Shown: positions 25,601 to 36,034 of the stretch, one piece after another
Layout: every line of letters starts with the position of its first letter
How positions within the stretch are numbered: the first letter of the stretch is position 1
From: Marsupella aquatica
Taxonomy: Eukaryota; Plantae; Marchantiophyta
Reading direction: 5' to 3'
Assembly: GCA_973895155.1 (NCBI GenBank)
Contig: OZ316896.1
Span: 23,704,600 to 23,768,599 of the forward strand
Length of the DNA stretch: 64,000 nt
Notes under the pieces: generated by a model
The model's database searches: none
What the model saw: only the letters and a program-made list of their open reading frames with translations
What the model was told of the DNA's origin: nothing
Translations under genes and position numbers: made by a program

Positions 25601-26928
25601 CCACCTCACTCAGGGGGATCCAAATGCTGCCGTCATAAGGGCCTCACCCTCCCATGACACTTAAGCTCCTCCAAAAGAGCTTTCGGAATGGAGAGGAGCG
25701 AGAGGTTTTGGAAGGAAGAAAAGAAAAAAACATTCGGCCATGGGGGAGAAAAGAGAGACGATGTTTTCAGACAAAAGGAAAAAAAAAGAACCCAATACCC
25801 CTGTGCTCTCCTGGACAACCCTTATAGGTGGCCGGCTCCCCTTCAAACCTATGGGCACCCTCCGAGGATCGGGGGATTTTTATTCCCCCACCGCCTTGTA
25901 ATGGCTCTTCGAGGCCTCCCCAGGTGCGGGGAGCCTCTTCCAAAAAAAACCATGGGGGCTCCCTTTATTAGGCCTCCCCCTTAAATAATCACTTCTCCTC
26001 GCCCGTACCTGCCCTCTCTGCCTCCCTGGGATGGGGGAATCATTTACCCCCCCTTTATACTCACTGCACCTAGCCCTGCTCCTTCCTCATTTGGCTCGCT
26101 GCGCCCTGCCCCCGGGAGCATTTAGTGCCCTGTATTGGGGGATTTAATCCCTTATTTTTGGCAGCCTCTTAGCTCCCTCGGCTGCTTGCAATGGAGGGCT
26201 TGCCTCCCTATGGAGGCGCCCATCCCGCTCACGGCAGCACCTGCGTCCCGGCCCAGCCTTGTAACTCACGGTAGCACCTACGCCCCATTGGCGGGCACGC
26301 GGCCCTATGCAGGGCGTGCCTCGTCATGCCACGCGGCTGCGCCTCCCGGCTCCGTCCCTACCGTCCCGATCGCCTCCCGGCTCCTCTGCGCCCCACTCAC
26401 GGTGTCACCTGCGCCCCGGGCCAGCCTTGCCACTCGCGGTGGCACCCCAAACGGGGGATTTAATTCCCCCCCCCCCCACCATCTGCACGCGGCCCTATGC
26501 AGGGCTCGCGGCAGCCACCGCCGTCCGCCCCGGCTCCTCCGCGCCCAGCCCTGCCCGCGCCACCTTACTCCCGGGGTCACGCCCTCCAGCCAAACCAAAA
26601 AACTTCCCCCCAACGTCCACTGCCGGGGTCACCTTCACTCATAAAAAAACTCCTTGCTCCCGGTCCTGTTTTACTTCTTCTTCCCATCAACCTTGCTATT
26701 GGGGTCTCTAAAAATGGCCATAAAATAATGGGGAGTCCCCCAAAGGCAGGGCCCTCCGCCCAACATATTTGCAGAACAATTAGGGGATAAAGATAAATAC
26801 AGTACTTCGGTCACAAGTGACGAAATTGACTTAAATTTGGAAAAATGCTTATTTACAATGGTTATCTACACTGCACAACACTCCGTGACTCATTATTCGG
26901 GATTTTATGTGACGGGGACCCCGTCACA
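22639..26928 (-). mobile_element. 4290-bp solo-LTR-like unit of a second family, with 5-bp TSD CATGA
   Basis: TGTCAC...GTCACA termini. CATGA at 22634-22638 and 26929-26933. The empty site AGGCATGAGGAAAC is seen in copy B near 36540. Confidence 0.88.
23441..25504 (-). CDS. 687-codon ORF of unknown function (globular N-half, coiled-coil, Pro/Ser-rich tail) inside the solo-LTR-like unit
   Basis: Uninterrupted 2064-bp frame with GTG start called (first ATG ~38 codons in); heptad-rich K/E/L segment; no gag, RT or IN motifs. Confidence 0.75.
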   Translation of the reverse strand: MVWLRGSRVDSRSWYGGYTGQELYGVTGIVVIGEFLVWMFDPPEFSTARVRRYKAAYQEYIATQIREEGEKRRSAAMSTGSGTPSTTVVRKVFRRVYPRTSAKVMEEGKEIFQATGLTNFMGVEIMIPPDRSWDIAVGLECRTEGIYFHCNSQLIPHVELAKLLFLDDQDFTFQPIEPPGVFTSEELAEVVRDPLSVTTIPLSTFKDPAYKVFVAKVHQRVLGRGQSGTVSGDQLAIATDIKTHPRHTYGWWYFGMRKSLAMDPKSVKTGGGMHLMGSFLLARREGLLPSPGTGGETVPPFTTEIRRIATTILGSLVKGPPSEPIAQPTTEDDPDEDSVMGWLESLVGNPEEPLDYDVPEVYLAELHDFRDGVHEGFKLCRTLKEAINQGQAKVEMLQVSNEALKEVVKAKEVVIQEQGRSLKESHIQVLQLEGALSTKAKEALEVGVLRDEVTKLKRGTGEVERLKKEVVDLQGQVGLLETRAKRNDTLRLGKRKSPSPSSPTLSPDLISKAIEMVVREVTQRYGPMLEAAKREKEKSKMLEKLLRETRKSSRETPAGHGATVSASHGATVSVGIPVPGMPPRSVNPGTPLATGQVLPLQLQGGEEAALWKDTISQGYVKAWQALAALRRRSTSGRTPPVQQVRSEASPSGQSGGGEDSRGGALVQSVSPMKTSVGPCFLCTREWM

Positions 26929-27194
26929 CATGAGGAAACATAAATATACACAAAGGTCACTGCATAACTAACCGAGAGTTTCTCTTTACTAACTGATTCC
27001 AGCCATGCTGGTGCACTAAAACTTGCTTAAGAAGAAGGCCATGGGGTCCCCGCTGACCAGGTATTTATCCTGGCAGCGTACCTACCTATTTCCTTGTTGC
27101 GTAAGCCAAATCTACTCCTAAGTGGAATCTACCTATGTACAGCGGGGCAAGAGCACAAGTGTTGCTCTTACCAATGGATCCGCAATCCTACTAA

Positions 27195-30100
27195 CTAAGT
27201 GTCAGGGCCGCTTCTTGGTCCTGATCCTAATCCTAATTTTGGAGGTCCGCACCCGCTCTGCCCACTCACGCCTCCTACCTCCACGTCCACCCTCTCTAAA
27301 AGGGACGGCGCCCTTACACCGTCACGACATCGTTGGCAGGTCCTCAATGGACGCCCCCAATCCTTCCTTGGCGGCCAATGTAGGCCTCCCATTCTTTGAC
27401 AGGTTACCCGCCCTGACCTGGTCAACCCATCCTCGGCGTGTTTGGGCCCCACCACTACTTTGGCCTCGGCTTCATCAGCTTCTGCCTGTCCGGCTTCCGC
27501 CACCCCGACTTCTGTCTACCCGGCTTCCATTTGTGGGGGTCCCACCCCTGCGGCTTCTGTTCTCTCCTTCCCGGCATCGGCTACCTTGCCGTAGTGGTCC
27601 TCCTCATAGGCTTGTTCTATGAGTCAGGTTGTCTCGTCCTCCCAAGGTTGCGGTTGATGCCGATCAATGGTTGGCAACCTTGGGTCGGTGCCTGTCATGG
27701 CCTCCCCCAACCGGTCTTCTTGGCCTACCTCCCGGACTGCTTCCTTGACGGCCACAACCTTGCATAAGGCTGGTGGCCATGCTCTCCACCTCAGCCACGG
27801 TGGCTTGACGAACGGTGTGGCTCCCTGACCCAGAAGGCTTCCGCTTTTTGTCCTTCCCCACCCAAGCAGCTGGTGCCTTCCCCTTGCCACTTACTTCCGG
27901 CAAGGGGAAGGGTACCATGGCTTGTCGCTCGGTTAGTACCACACCCTGCAACCCTGTTGCCGCTACCGGGGGTCCACCTGCTGCGGCCAGCCAATTTAGC
28001 TCCTCGGACTGCTTCCTCAACCGCTCAGTTTGGTTGTCCGCCCGCCTTTGCAGATTCTCCATCTTCTGGGTGGCTTCCTCCAACTCCACCAGGGTTTCGT
28101 CTAAATCCCCACGAGCTTGTTCCAACTCTGAGCCTAGGTTGTCGTCCAACTCCTTCCGTAAGGCCGCCCTCTCCTCCTAGGTTGCCTTTAGCACTGCGTT
28201 GAGCTCATGGACGACATCAAACTCGATCTTATTCATTTTGTCGTAGGTTTGATTGAGCATGTCATCCTTCTTCCGCAACTCGGCTTGAAAGTTGGCCGAC
28301 AGGTCCTCCAGGTCTCCCTTCAACTTGTCAATGCCCCTGTAGGTCTCATCAAGTTTGGCTTGTTTTTGCTGAAGGGCCTTGCGGCATTCTTTGATCTCAT
28401 CCTTCAGTGCCTGCTCCTTCCTCTGGGCCTCGGTCATGGCTCTGTTGCAGGCCGTAAACTCATGCTTCCACTTCTCCTTCTCCTTGAGGGCTTCGGCCAA
28501 GTCTTCCTGAGTCTGGGCTAGTTGCCCCTGCATGATACTTATTTCATGCTTCCTAGCTCAAAGCTCGTCCTGGGCCTACTTGGCCATCTTTAACTCTCCG
28601 GCCTCGGCTTCCTTCTCCCTTAGCCACCGGATGACTTCCTCCTTCTTCATCCTCTCCAAGGCCAGTGCGTCCTCCAACCGGCTTTTCTCCAACATCTCCT
28701 TATGGACGAAAGGCCCTGTCTCCAATTCTACCCCAAAGATGTCGAGGGCGAGTAACCCACACATCCTCCCATACTCCAGGGCTCTAGAACATGCATAGGT
28801 GGAGTGGTTAGGAGATGCTGGCATCTCCCAACGCGGCCTATTTTCCCAGCCGCCCTCCGTATCTCCTCAAACATGGGCAAAGGCCCTGAGTCCCTGCTAG
28901 TTGCCGAATGTCCTCAAGCCATCCACCGCCTGGCAAGTCCTTCTCCTTGGCCAGGGTTGCTTCCTCCAAGTCACTAAATTGCTGCTGCAACTCGTGATCG
29001 GCCTGTTGTCTTCCGTCAAAAATTGGTGGAGGTACGTCCGGTGGGGGAGACTCCGGGCTCCCCTGCTGTTGTGGACCCCACGCACCACTCTTGGTAGTCT
29101 GGGGATAAAACGGCCGCAGGTCCGCACCCTGGTATCGAGCGATCCAACCCGTAACCCAAGTCCTCATGGTATTCCTCCACGTATTCCCCGGCCTCTGAGT
29201 GTCCTGGTGCCTGCTTGTCCTCTCTAGGACTAGCCGTAAACCCGGCCTCTTGCCGGGTATTATACATGCGTGCGGCTTGCCCTTGCGGCTCCCGCACCTA
29301 ACTTTCGCACTCCTTTTCAGGACTGGGAACCCTGGGTCCCAGTTCCTCTGATTCTTCACTAGAGGCTCGTACATACATCCGCACCCCTAGCTTGTTTTCC
29401 AACCTGCTTCTTTTTACGGCCCTGGCCATGGGTTCTCCTCTAGCGGTTCTTGCGGTGGCCGTTGCCGCTACCTCTAGTCCTCTGGTGCTAAAGCCGCCTT
29501 CTCCTTCTTCAGTATGTGCAGAAGGGTCTGCATGGCCGGTTGTTGCATCGGCCCGGCTTCTGGCACCTGTCGGAAGACCTGAGCTATCGTGGGGCTGTCG
29601 GGCGGATCGAGCTGCTTTGCTGCCGGCCTCGGATTTGATTCCTCTTTTGGCTCTCTAGCCTGCAGGGGAAGGATCGGGGCAAAGATTTGACTCCGGGCAT
29701 ACCGGCATAACAACGACATGTGATAACCAAGTCGGAACACGCTCCCTTGGCTAATCACCTGTTGTTCCTCCCTCAATATCTTTCTGAGTTGTTTGAGGAG
29801 GTACCCATTGGAATCCCGGCTTGGGTCTGGCCTCTCTACCACGTAAACCTGTGCCTTGCCGATCTCCGGCCTTGGCCAGTTGCAATGCATTGTTACCCGC
29901 GGGAAATTAATCATTTCTCCAATATGCGGGTTGGTTCAGGTGCTTCGGAGGAAGCCATTCTTTGTTGACGGCCGGGAACAATCTAAACTCCTTGTCCGAC
30001 AAGTTCTTCCGGGTTTCTACCTTAGCCTTGTTGCCCATCGGCAAGCCAAACACTTCGGCAATCACGTTGGAGGTGAGATAGAAGTCCCTCCCATAGATCT

Positions 30101-31020
30101 TTGTGGAGCTGGTCTCGTGGTCCCATGATCCCACGAATTCTAGTAAGTCCAATTCTGGCACCTCCTTCTTCAGCCACAGCAGTCTTACAAAGGTCTCCAA
30201 GCCTGATTCGGCCATGAAGCCCTGCTACCTCTTGGTCTTCATGGCTGTAAAGCATGCATCCTCCTCTCGTGCAAAATGTAGCTACACAACCAGTGGTATT
30301 ATTGCCGCCCATCGCTTCCAGGTGTCGTCTCGGGTAGGGACGACATTGACTGGGTTGACATCTTGTTCCTTGGTTTCCTCCTCTCTCTGCCTCCCTTGTT
30401 TGGCTGGCTTCCTTGATACTGCCGACCTCGTCCTCTTGGCCGGTGTGTTTTCTTCATTGTTGGCCATCTTCCTCTTCATTTCAGCCAAACCTGAAGATTC
30501 TCCCAACACTATTATTTTCGTCCACGCCACCGTGCAACCCTTTAAGTCCCAATGTTTGTCATTGTAGTTGTTGATGGCTTGCCGGATGCCGATGATTCTG
30601 TTGTCTCAAATTAGAAGGTCATCAAGCTCGTCGCCAGTAGGTGTCCACAGGAATTTAGCCTTGATGAATTCTCCTCCTAAGAAGGCCGTCTTTTGTAGTT
30701 CCCACAGCCGAGCAAGTTCCTGTCGCTCATGGGCTGCTCTTTCTGATTCTTCCTCCTTGTAAGTCCCGACGTACTCACTTGCCCGTTTGAATAGGCATCC
30801 CCAAAAATTTGCTGCTTGATTGATGTTGCTCATTCCCTTCTCTGGCGTTGCTCGGTAGCTGCTTATGCCCCCTTGTGTTCTCCTCCGCAGCTAACAGTCG
30901 TTGGCTTCTGCTTGCACTCTGCTTGCTCGAGGTGCGAGTGTGAGCCGTCACTCCTGGGTTGCCTTGCCTTACCCCCCTTCCTTCCGGCCTGCGCTGTATG
31001 TCTTGGTACCGAATACCAAC
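27195..31020 (-). pseudogene. Giant-LTR ORF, copy A (fragmented)
   Basis: Colinear peptide fragments (MSNINQAANFWGCLF, SGLETFVRLLWLK, HLNQPAY/VTMHCN, ALEYGRMCG, ENLQRRADNQTERL) match copy B; 5' limit approximate. Confidence 0.82.
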
Positions 31021-31219
31021 AACCGCTAGGGTTACGTGCCTTAACCCTAATCTTGCATGACCTAGTGACCGTTACTCCTCTTTCGGCCTTGGCTCCGGTT
31101 CCATGTATGACCTTAATTGTTTATGGTTTTCCCTGGTTTTCTGTCCTCATACTAATGGTTTATTGTATACCCTCCTATTTTACTCCTAATATGGCCTAGT
31201 GATTCCTGGCTAGACATCA

Positions 31220-31552
31220 GAAGCGCCCATCATACTTTGTGACTTCATACTTGGGTCCCCCAAGCTTGAATGTCCCTATCTTCTTCTTTTGCACTACCGT
31301 TAGCTTTGGTAATAGAACAACTTCCTTCACCACACGTCGCATCGGTGATGGTACCAGTGTCACGTGCTCTTCCCCTTGCTCCTCTCTCTCCACTTCAAAC
31401 CGTCGTGGTGATCCTCGTGCTTCAAGTTCCACATCTTCAAAAATCTCCTCCGAAATACTCATATGAGAAAATCATAAAAAATATCATTTTCACAACTTCT
31501 CAAAAAACTCAAAACAAAACACCGTCGCGTAGTCCACAAAGCTAGGAGTCTA
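31220..31552 (-). mobile_element. Copia copy 3: end of leader and truncated gag N-terminus
   Basis: MSISEEIFEDVELEARGSPRRF...PKYEVTKYDGR. Continues from 47460 across the copy-2 insertion and is cut by giant LTR A. Confidence 0.88.
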
Positions 31553-31557
31553 ACACT

Positions 31558-31898
31558 TGTTAGGTATTTACTCAAGGTCTAGGGTTACGACATGTAACCA
31601 TAGTTAGACTAACCATAGTCGGAGACGTGGTTAGGTTAACTAGGATGCACACTATATGCCAAGTGGTGTTTGCTTGGATAAGTGGAACTTAGGCTCATTG
31701 TTATGTAGCCACTTGAGAGATGATGAGAGCTTACACTGTGAAGACTTGGTATGGCCGACGGGCTTAGAGTTCAGTAAAGCTCTCTTGTGTGTTCTTGTGG
31801 ATGTAGCCTCAAGGAGGTGAACCACGTATCTCGGTGTCGACTATTGTGCGTTGGATGTTTCATGGGCTTGCCGTTGCGATCGTCGTCTATGCTCAACA
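31558..31898 (+). repeat. 5' LTR of Copia copy 2
   Basis: TG...CA; about 12 substitutions versus 47114-47454 by eye. Confidence 0.95.
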
Positions 31899-31900
31899 AT

Positions 31901-31912
31901 TGGTATCAGAGC
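31901..31912 (+). promoter_or_regulatory. Primer binding site (initiator tRNA-Met)
   Basis: TGGTATCAGAGC after the 5' LTR. Confidence 0.92.
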
Positions 31913-32568
31913 ATGCCTGGGAGGTGACGTGTGTTCGTGACGGGATTTCATGACAGTTTTTCTAGCGTTGAGTGTCGGTGGATTTCCTGGAGTTCCGTCG
32001 CATGGAACTTGGAGTTTATGGGCTCAACGGATAGATCGGGGCAAGGGCTTTCTAACGGTGTGAAGAAATCGCTGAACGGAGCTCGTGGTGCGGAGAGATC
32101 TAAGTTTTTGCCGTTTTTGGATTTTGTGAAGAAAGTCGACAACATTCATGTTCGACGGTTTTTTGGAGGAGGGACCAGAGTTTGTTTTCTCGACGGTGTG
32201 AGCTCTACGGCAAAGGAGGCATCGCATGTTGTAGCTCTGCTTGTAGATTGGGACGAGCTGTTTGTTTTGGTAGCTGATTTATTACCAAGTGAGTACCGTG
32301 TGTGACGGGATGAGCAAAATAAGCATTCTGATTTTCTGACCGGCTATGGAGTCCTCTTTTGCCTGAGCGGGGTTTCTTGTCGTTGCAATCGACTCGGAGG
32401 GAGAAGCGTCAAGTGTTTTGACTAAACGGAGAGATTGAGGCAAGACGATTGTTTTGAGTCCGGGATTGGCTCTTTGATGCGAAGAGGAAGGCTAAGCGAA
32501 ATCAATTACCTTGTTGGACTTGGTGACGGCACCAAGTGCAATTCATCAACATTCGTTGTTGACAAGAC

Positions 32569-33868
32569 ATGGAACTTGAAGCACGAGGATCACCGCGGCG
32601 GTTTGAGGGGCAGAGAGAGGAGCAAGAGGAAGAGCACATGACACCGATACCATCACCGGTGTGGCGTGTGGTGGAGGAAGCAATACTACTACCGGAGCTC
32701 ACGGTAGTGCCAAAGAAGAAGATGGGGACTTTCAAGCTTGGGGGACCCAAGTATGAAGTCACAAAGTATGATGGGCGCTCTGACTACTTGCTATGGGAGA
32801 AGCAGGTGAAGGGAGTGCTCTATGCATCAAGGATGGGCCAACTGTTGAGCCCTCGTGAAGACGATGTTGATGAGAAACAATGGGACCGCATGCAAGAGTA
32901 GGGAGTGTGGTGTGTTCTCGGGGGGTTAACTAAGTGTATATTTTGGGGTACCACGTGCGATCCTAGCCTAATATAAATAGACCTATTTTATAAAGAAAAT
33001 ATTCCAAGAATATTCTCTATTTTCAATATTAATAACCTATTTTATTTTATAAAGGGTATATATTAAAAAATATTTTATAAACATGAGTTTATAATACCTT
33101 CTTTTGCCTCCTACGCTTTTTAAAAATTTAGTTAAAATCTGCCAAAAATACCTATTTTGGATCGCACGTGGTTCCTAAGATTTTTGATAGTCAACCCCCC
33201 GAGGGTGTGTTACACTCTATCTCATGCCTCCCATCATCAAGCAGTTGGGTGCACATAAGGATTGCATGTCTTTGTTTGCAGAATTGCAGAGCAAATATCA
33301 CCGCAAGGAGTTGTCAAACCGGCTCTACACTTCCTACAAACTGATGAGTTTCAGGATGAAGAAATCCGGTACGAAGTTGCAAGACCATGCTTTCAATGAC
33401 ATGGTCGTTGACTATGAAAACCTTGGGGAGACTTTGAATGATGAGATGAAGGCTCTGCAACTTCTCAGTTCATTGCCTCCATCTTACCAGTCCCTATCAC
33501 GAGTGTTGTTGCATCGTGATAGGGATACCATTTCATACAATGACGTGGTAAGTTCTCTGCTTAGTGATGATCTTCAGCAGAAGATGCACATCACGTCACA
33601 GCCTTCATCATCTGGTGTTGCCCTTAATGTTAACCGTGGGAGGAGTATGCATCGACCAACTAGGGACTGTAGAACCCAGTTTAGATCTAAATCCAGATCT
33701 AAGTCCAGGGGTAAATCCCCTCAGAGGAGGCAAGTGACATGTTGGACGTGCAACCAAGTTGGACACTTCAAGCGAGACTGTAAGAGAAAGGCAGCGAAAA
33801 CTTCATCGGCAAATGTGGCTAGGGCTGATGGAGAAGCTGATTTACTCAATGATGAGTATGTTTTATGA
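32569..33868 (+). pseudogene. gag: Copia copy 2 gag, disrupted by a stop and a MITE
   Basis: KYEVTKYDGRSDYLLWEKQVK and CWTCNQVGHFKRDC; TAG at 32899-32901; insertion at 32917-33203. Confidence 0.9.
32917..33203. mobile_element. 287-bp MITE with 8-bp TSD GGTGTGTT
   Basis: Imperfect ~46-bp TIR CTCGGGGGGTTRACTA...ACCACGTGCGATCC; TSD at 32909-32916 and 33204-33211; AT-rich core; removal restores the gag frame. Confidence 0.92.
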
Positions 33869-34997
33869 AGACGGGGGTATGCTCTGTGCACGTCATCTAG
33901 GAGAGTAGATGATGTGTGGATTCTTGATTGTGCTTGCTCTTTTCATATTTGTTACATTCGTGAGTTTTTCAGTTCTTACTATGTTTCAAACGGTTCAGTT
34001 CTGATGAGAAATGATCACTCCTATCAAATTGAGAGAATTGGGTCTGTGAAGATTCAAATGTTTGATGGCGCTGTGCGCACAGTGTCCGGAGTCAGGTATG
34101 TACCTGGCATGCATAAGAATCTGATTTCACTTGGTGTGTTGGATTCAAATAGTCATCAATGGAGCGTTATTGATGGTGAACTTCAAGTTAGGTCAGGAGA
34201 GACAGTGATTTTGAAAGGGAGCAGATAGAAGAATTTGTATGTGTTACAAGGCAATACTATATGTGGAGAGGCCAATGTAACCAAGTCTCACGAGGAGATG
34301 ACTCAACTGTGGCATTCACGGCTAGGCCACATGAGTGAGAAAGGTTTGGCTATCTTACGGAAGAATGGACTCATTTCTGATTTGCAATCTTGTAAATTAG
34401 AGTTCTATGAGCATTGCATTCTTGGAAAGCATCATCGTCATGCTTTCGGTGTTGGAACTCATCGTTCCAAATCGGTTTTTGAGTACATACATAGTGACGT
34501 GTGGGGTCCATCCCCGACTCCCTCACACTCTGGAAAGTTGTACTACGTATTATTTATTGACGATTACTCAAGATTTGTGTGGATTTATTTCATGATGCAT
34601 AAGTTTGATGCCTTGTCCATTTTTAAGAAGTGGAAGGCCCAGGTGGAGAATCAGACTAGAAACACGGTCAGGTGTTTGGATACAAGGGTGAAGAGTCTGA
34701 GGTTAGACAATGGCGGGGAGTACACTTCAATGGAATTTGAAGAGTACTGTTCAGAACAGGGGATAACTCGCCATCTCACCACAGTTTATACTCCGCAACA
34801 AAATGGTGTCGTTGAGGGGCTCAATCGGACACTGTTGGAGCGGTCACGGAGTATGTTGAGCCAATCAAGTTTACCACAAGAATTTTGGGCAGAAGCTATC
34901 AATACCGCAGCTTATTTGGTAAATCTTTCTCCTTCTAGTGCTATCGATTTCAAAACACCGTTTGAGATGCGCTATAAGCGACAAGCAGACTATCATG
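33869..34997 (+). pseudogene. pol: Copia copy 2 pol, 5' part (PR, integrase)
   Basis: WILDCACSFH, LWHSRLGHMS, IHSDVWGP, LRLDNGGEY, TPQQNGVVE. Confidence 0.92.
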
Positions 34998-35167
34998 GAG
35001 TCGCGAATACAACTTTTACCTACTCGTAATTGCTCCGGCGTTGCCTAACTCCAGCGTTGAGCCCCTCTTAGATTTGCTACCATCATGGCCATTAGGAATG
35101 TGACTAACAAAGAGGAGGCTAGTAAGAGCAAGGACAAGACTAGAGAAAAGCGCGCTCCAATTTAACT

Positions 35168-36034
35168 CTATTGGGCCCATTGCCGATCAAGGAAAAATGA
35201 ACTATTTTTCCAACGGATCACCATAGGGGCCCAAGAAGCCCCACATAAGCCCAATCATAGGGCCGCATATTTCTTGGCCAACGGACCCAGGGGTCAAAAG
35301 TAATGGCCGACTCAAGCCGCATACTTGTAGTTTGGGCCCGTTGCCGATCACGGAAAAATGAACTATTTTTCTGATGGATCACCACAGGGGCGCGAGAAGC
35401 CCCACATGAGCCCAATCATGGGGCTGCATATTTCTCGGCCAATGGACCTAGGGGCCAAAAGTTATGGCCGATTCAAGTTGCATGCTTGTAGTTTGGGCCC
35501 GTTGCCGATCACGGAAAAATGAACTATTTTTCCGACGGATCACCATAGAGGCCCAAGAAGCCCCACATGAGCCCAATCATGGGGCTGCATATTTCTCGGC
35601 CAATGGACCTAGGGGCCAAAAGTTATGGCCGATTCAAGTTGCATGCTTGTAGTTTGGGCCCGTTGCCGATCACGGAAATATGAACTATTTTTCCAATGGA
35701 TCACCATAGGGGCCCAAGAAGCCCCACATGAGCCCAATCATGGGGCTGCATATTTCTCGACCAATGGACCTAGGGGCCAAAAGTTATGGCCGATTCAAGT
35801 TGCATGCTTGTAGTTTGGGCCCGTTGCCGATCACGGAAATATGAACTATTTTTCTGATGGATTACCATAGGGGCCTGAGAAGCCCCACATGAGCCCAATC
35901 ATGGGGCCGCATATTTCTCGGCCAACGAACCCAGGGGCCAAAAGTTATGGCCAACTCAAGCCGCATACTTGTAGTTTGGGCCCGTTGCCGATCATGGAAA
36001 AATGAACTATTTTTCCGACGGATCACCATAGGGG
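35168..36034. repeat. Tandem array, 161-bp unit, ~5.4 copies
   Basis: Near-identical translated units start at 35464, 35625 and 35947 (multiples of 161); the array is cut at 36035 by giant LTR B. Confidence 0.95.

Larger units (their letters stand above)
22103..31219 (-). mobile_element. Giant ORF-containing Gypsy LTR, copy A (~4.8 kb plus a 4.3-kb nested insertion)
   Basis: Begins TGTGGCGCGTCCCATG and ends CTAGACATCA. Colinear with 36035-40693 apart from the insert at 22639-26928. Flanks (GTGTT / GAAGC) do not match. Confidence 0.8.

Noticed and set aside
26135-26790. Several overlapping GC-rich ORFs
   Set aside because: Pro/Arg/Ala-rich frames are expected from high GC content; no domain signal.
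35168-36034. Regular repeats resembling a CRISPR array or a repeated small gene
   Set aside because: Units are contiguous 161-bp copies with no unique spacers and no cas genes in a eukaryotic context; the 62-aa ORFs are by-products of the repeat.
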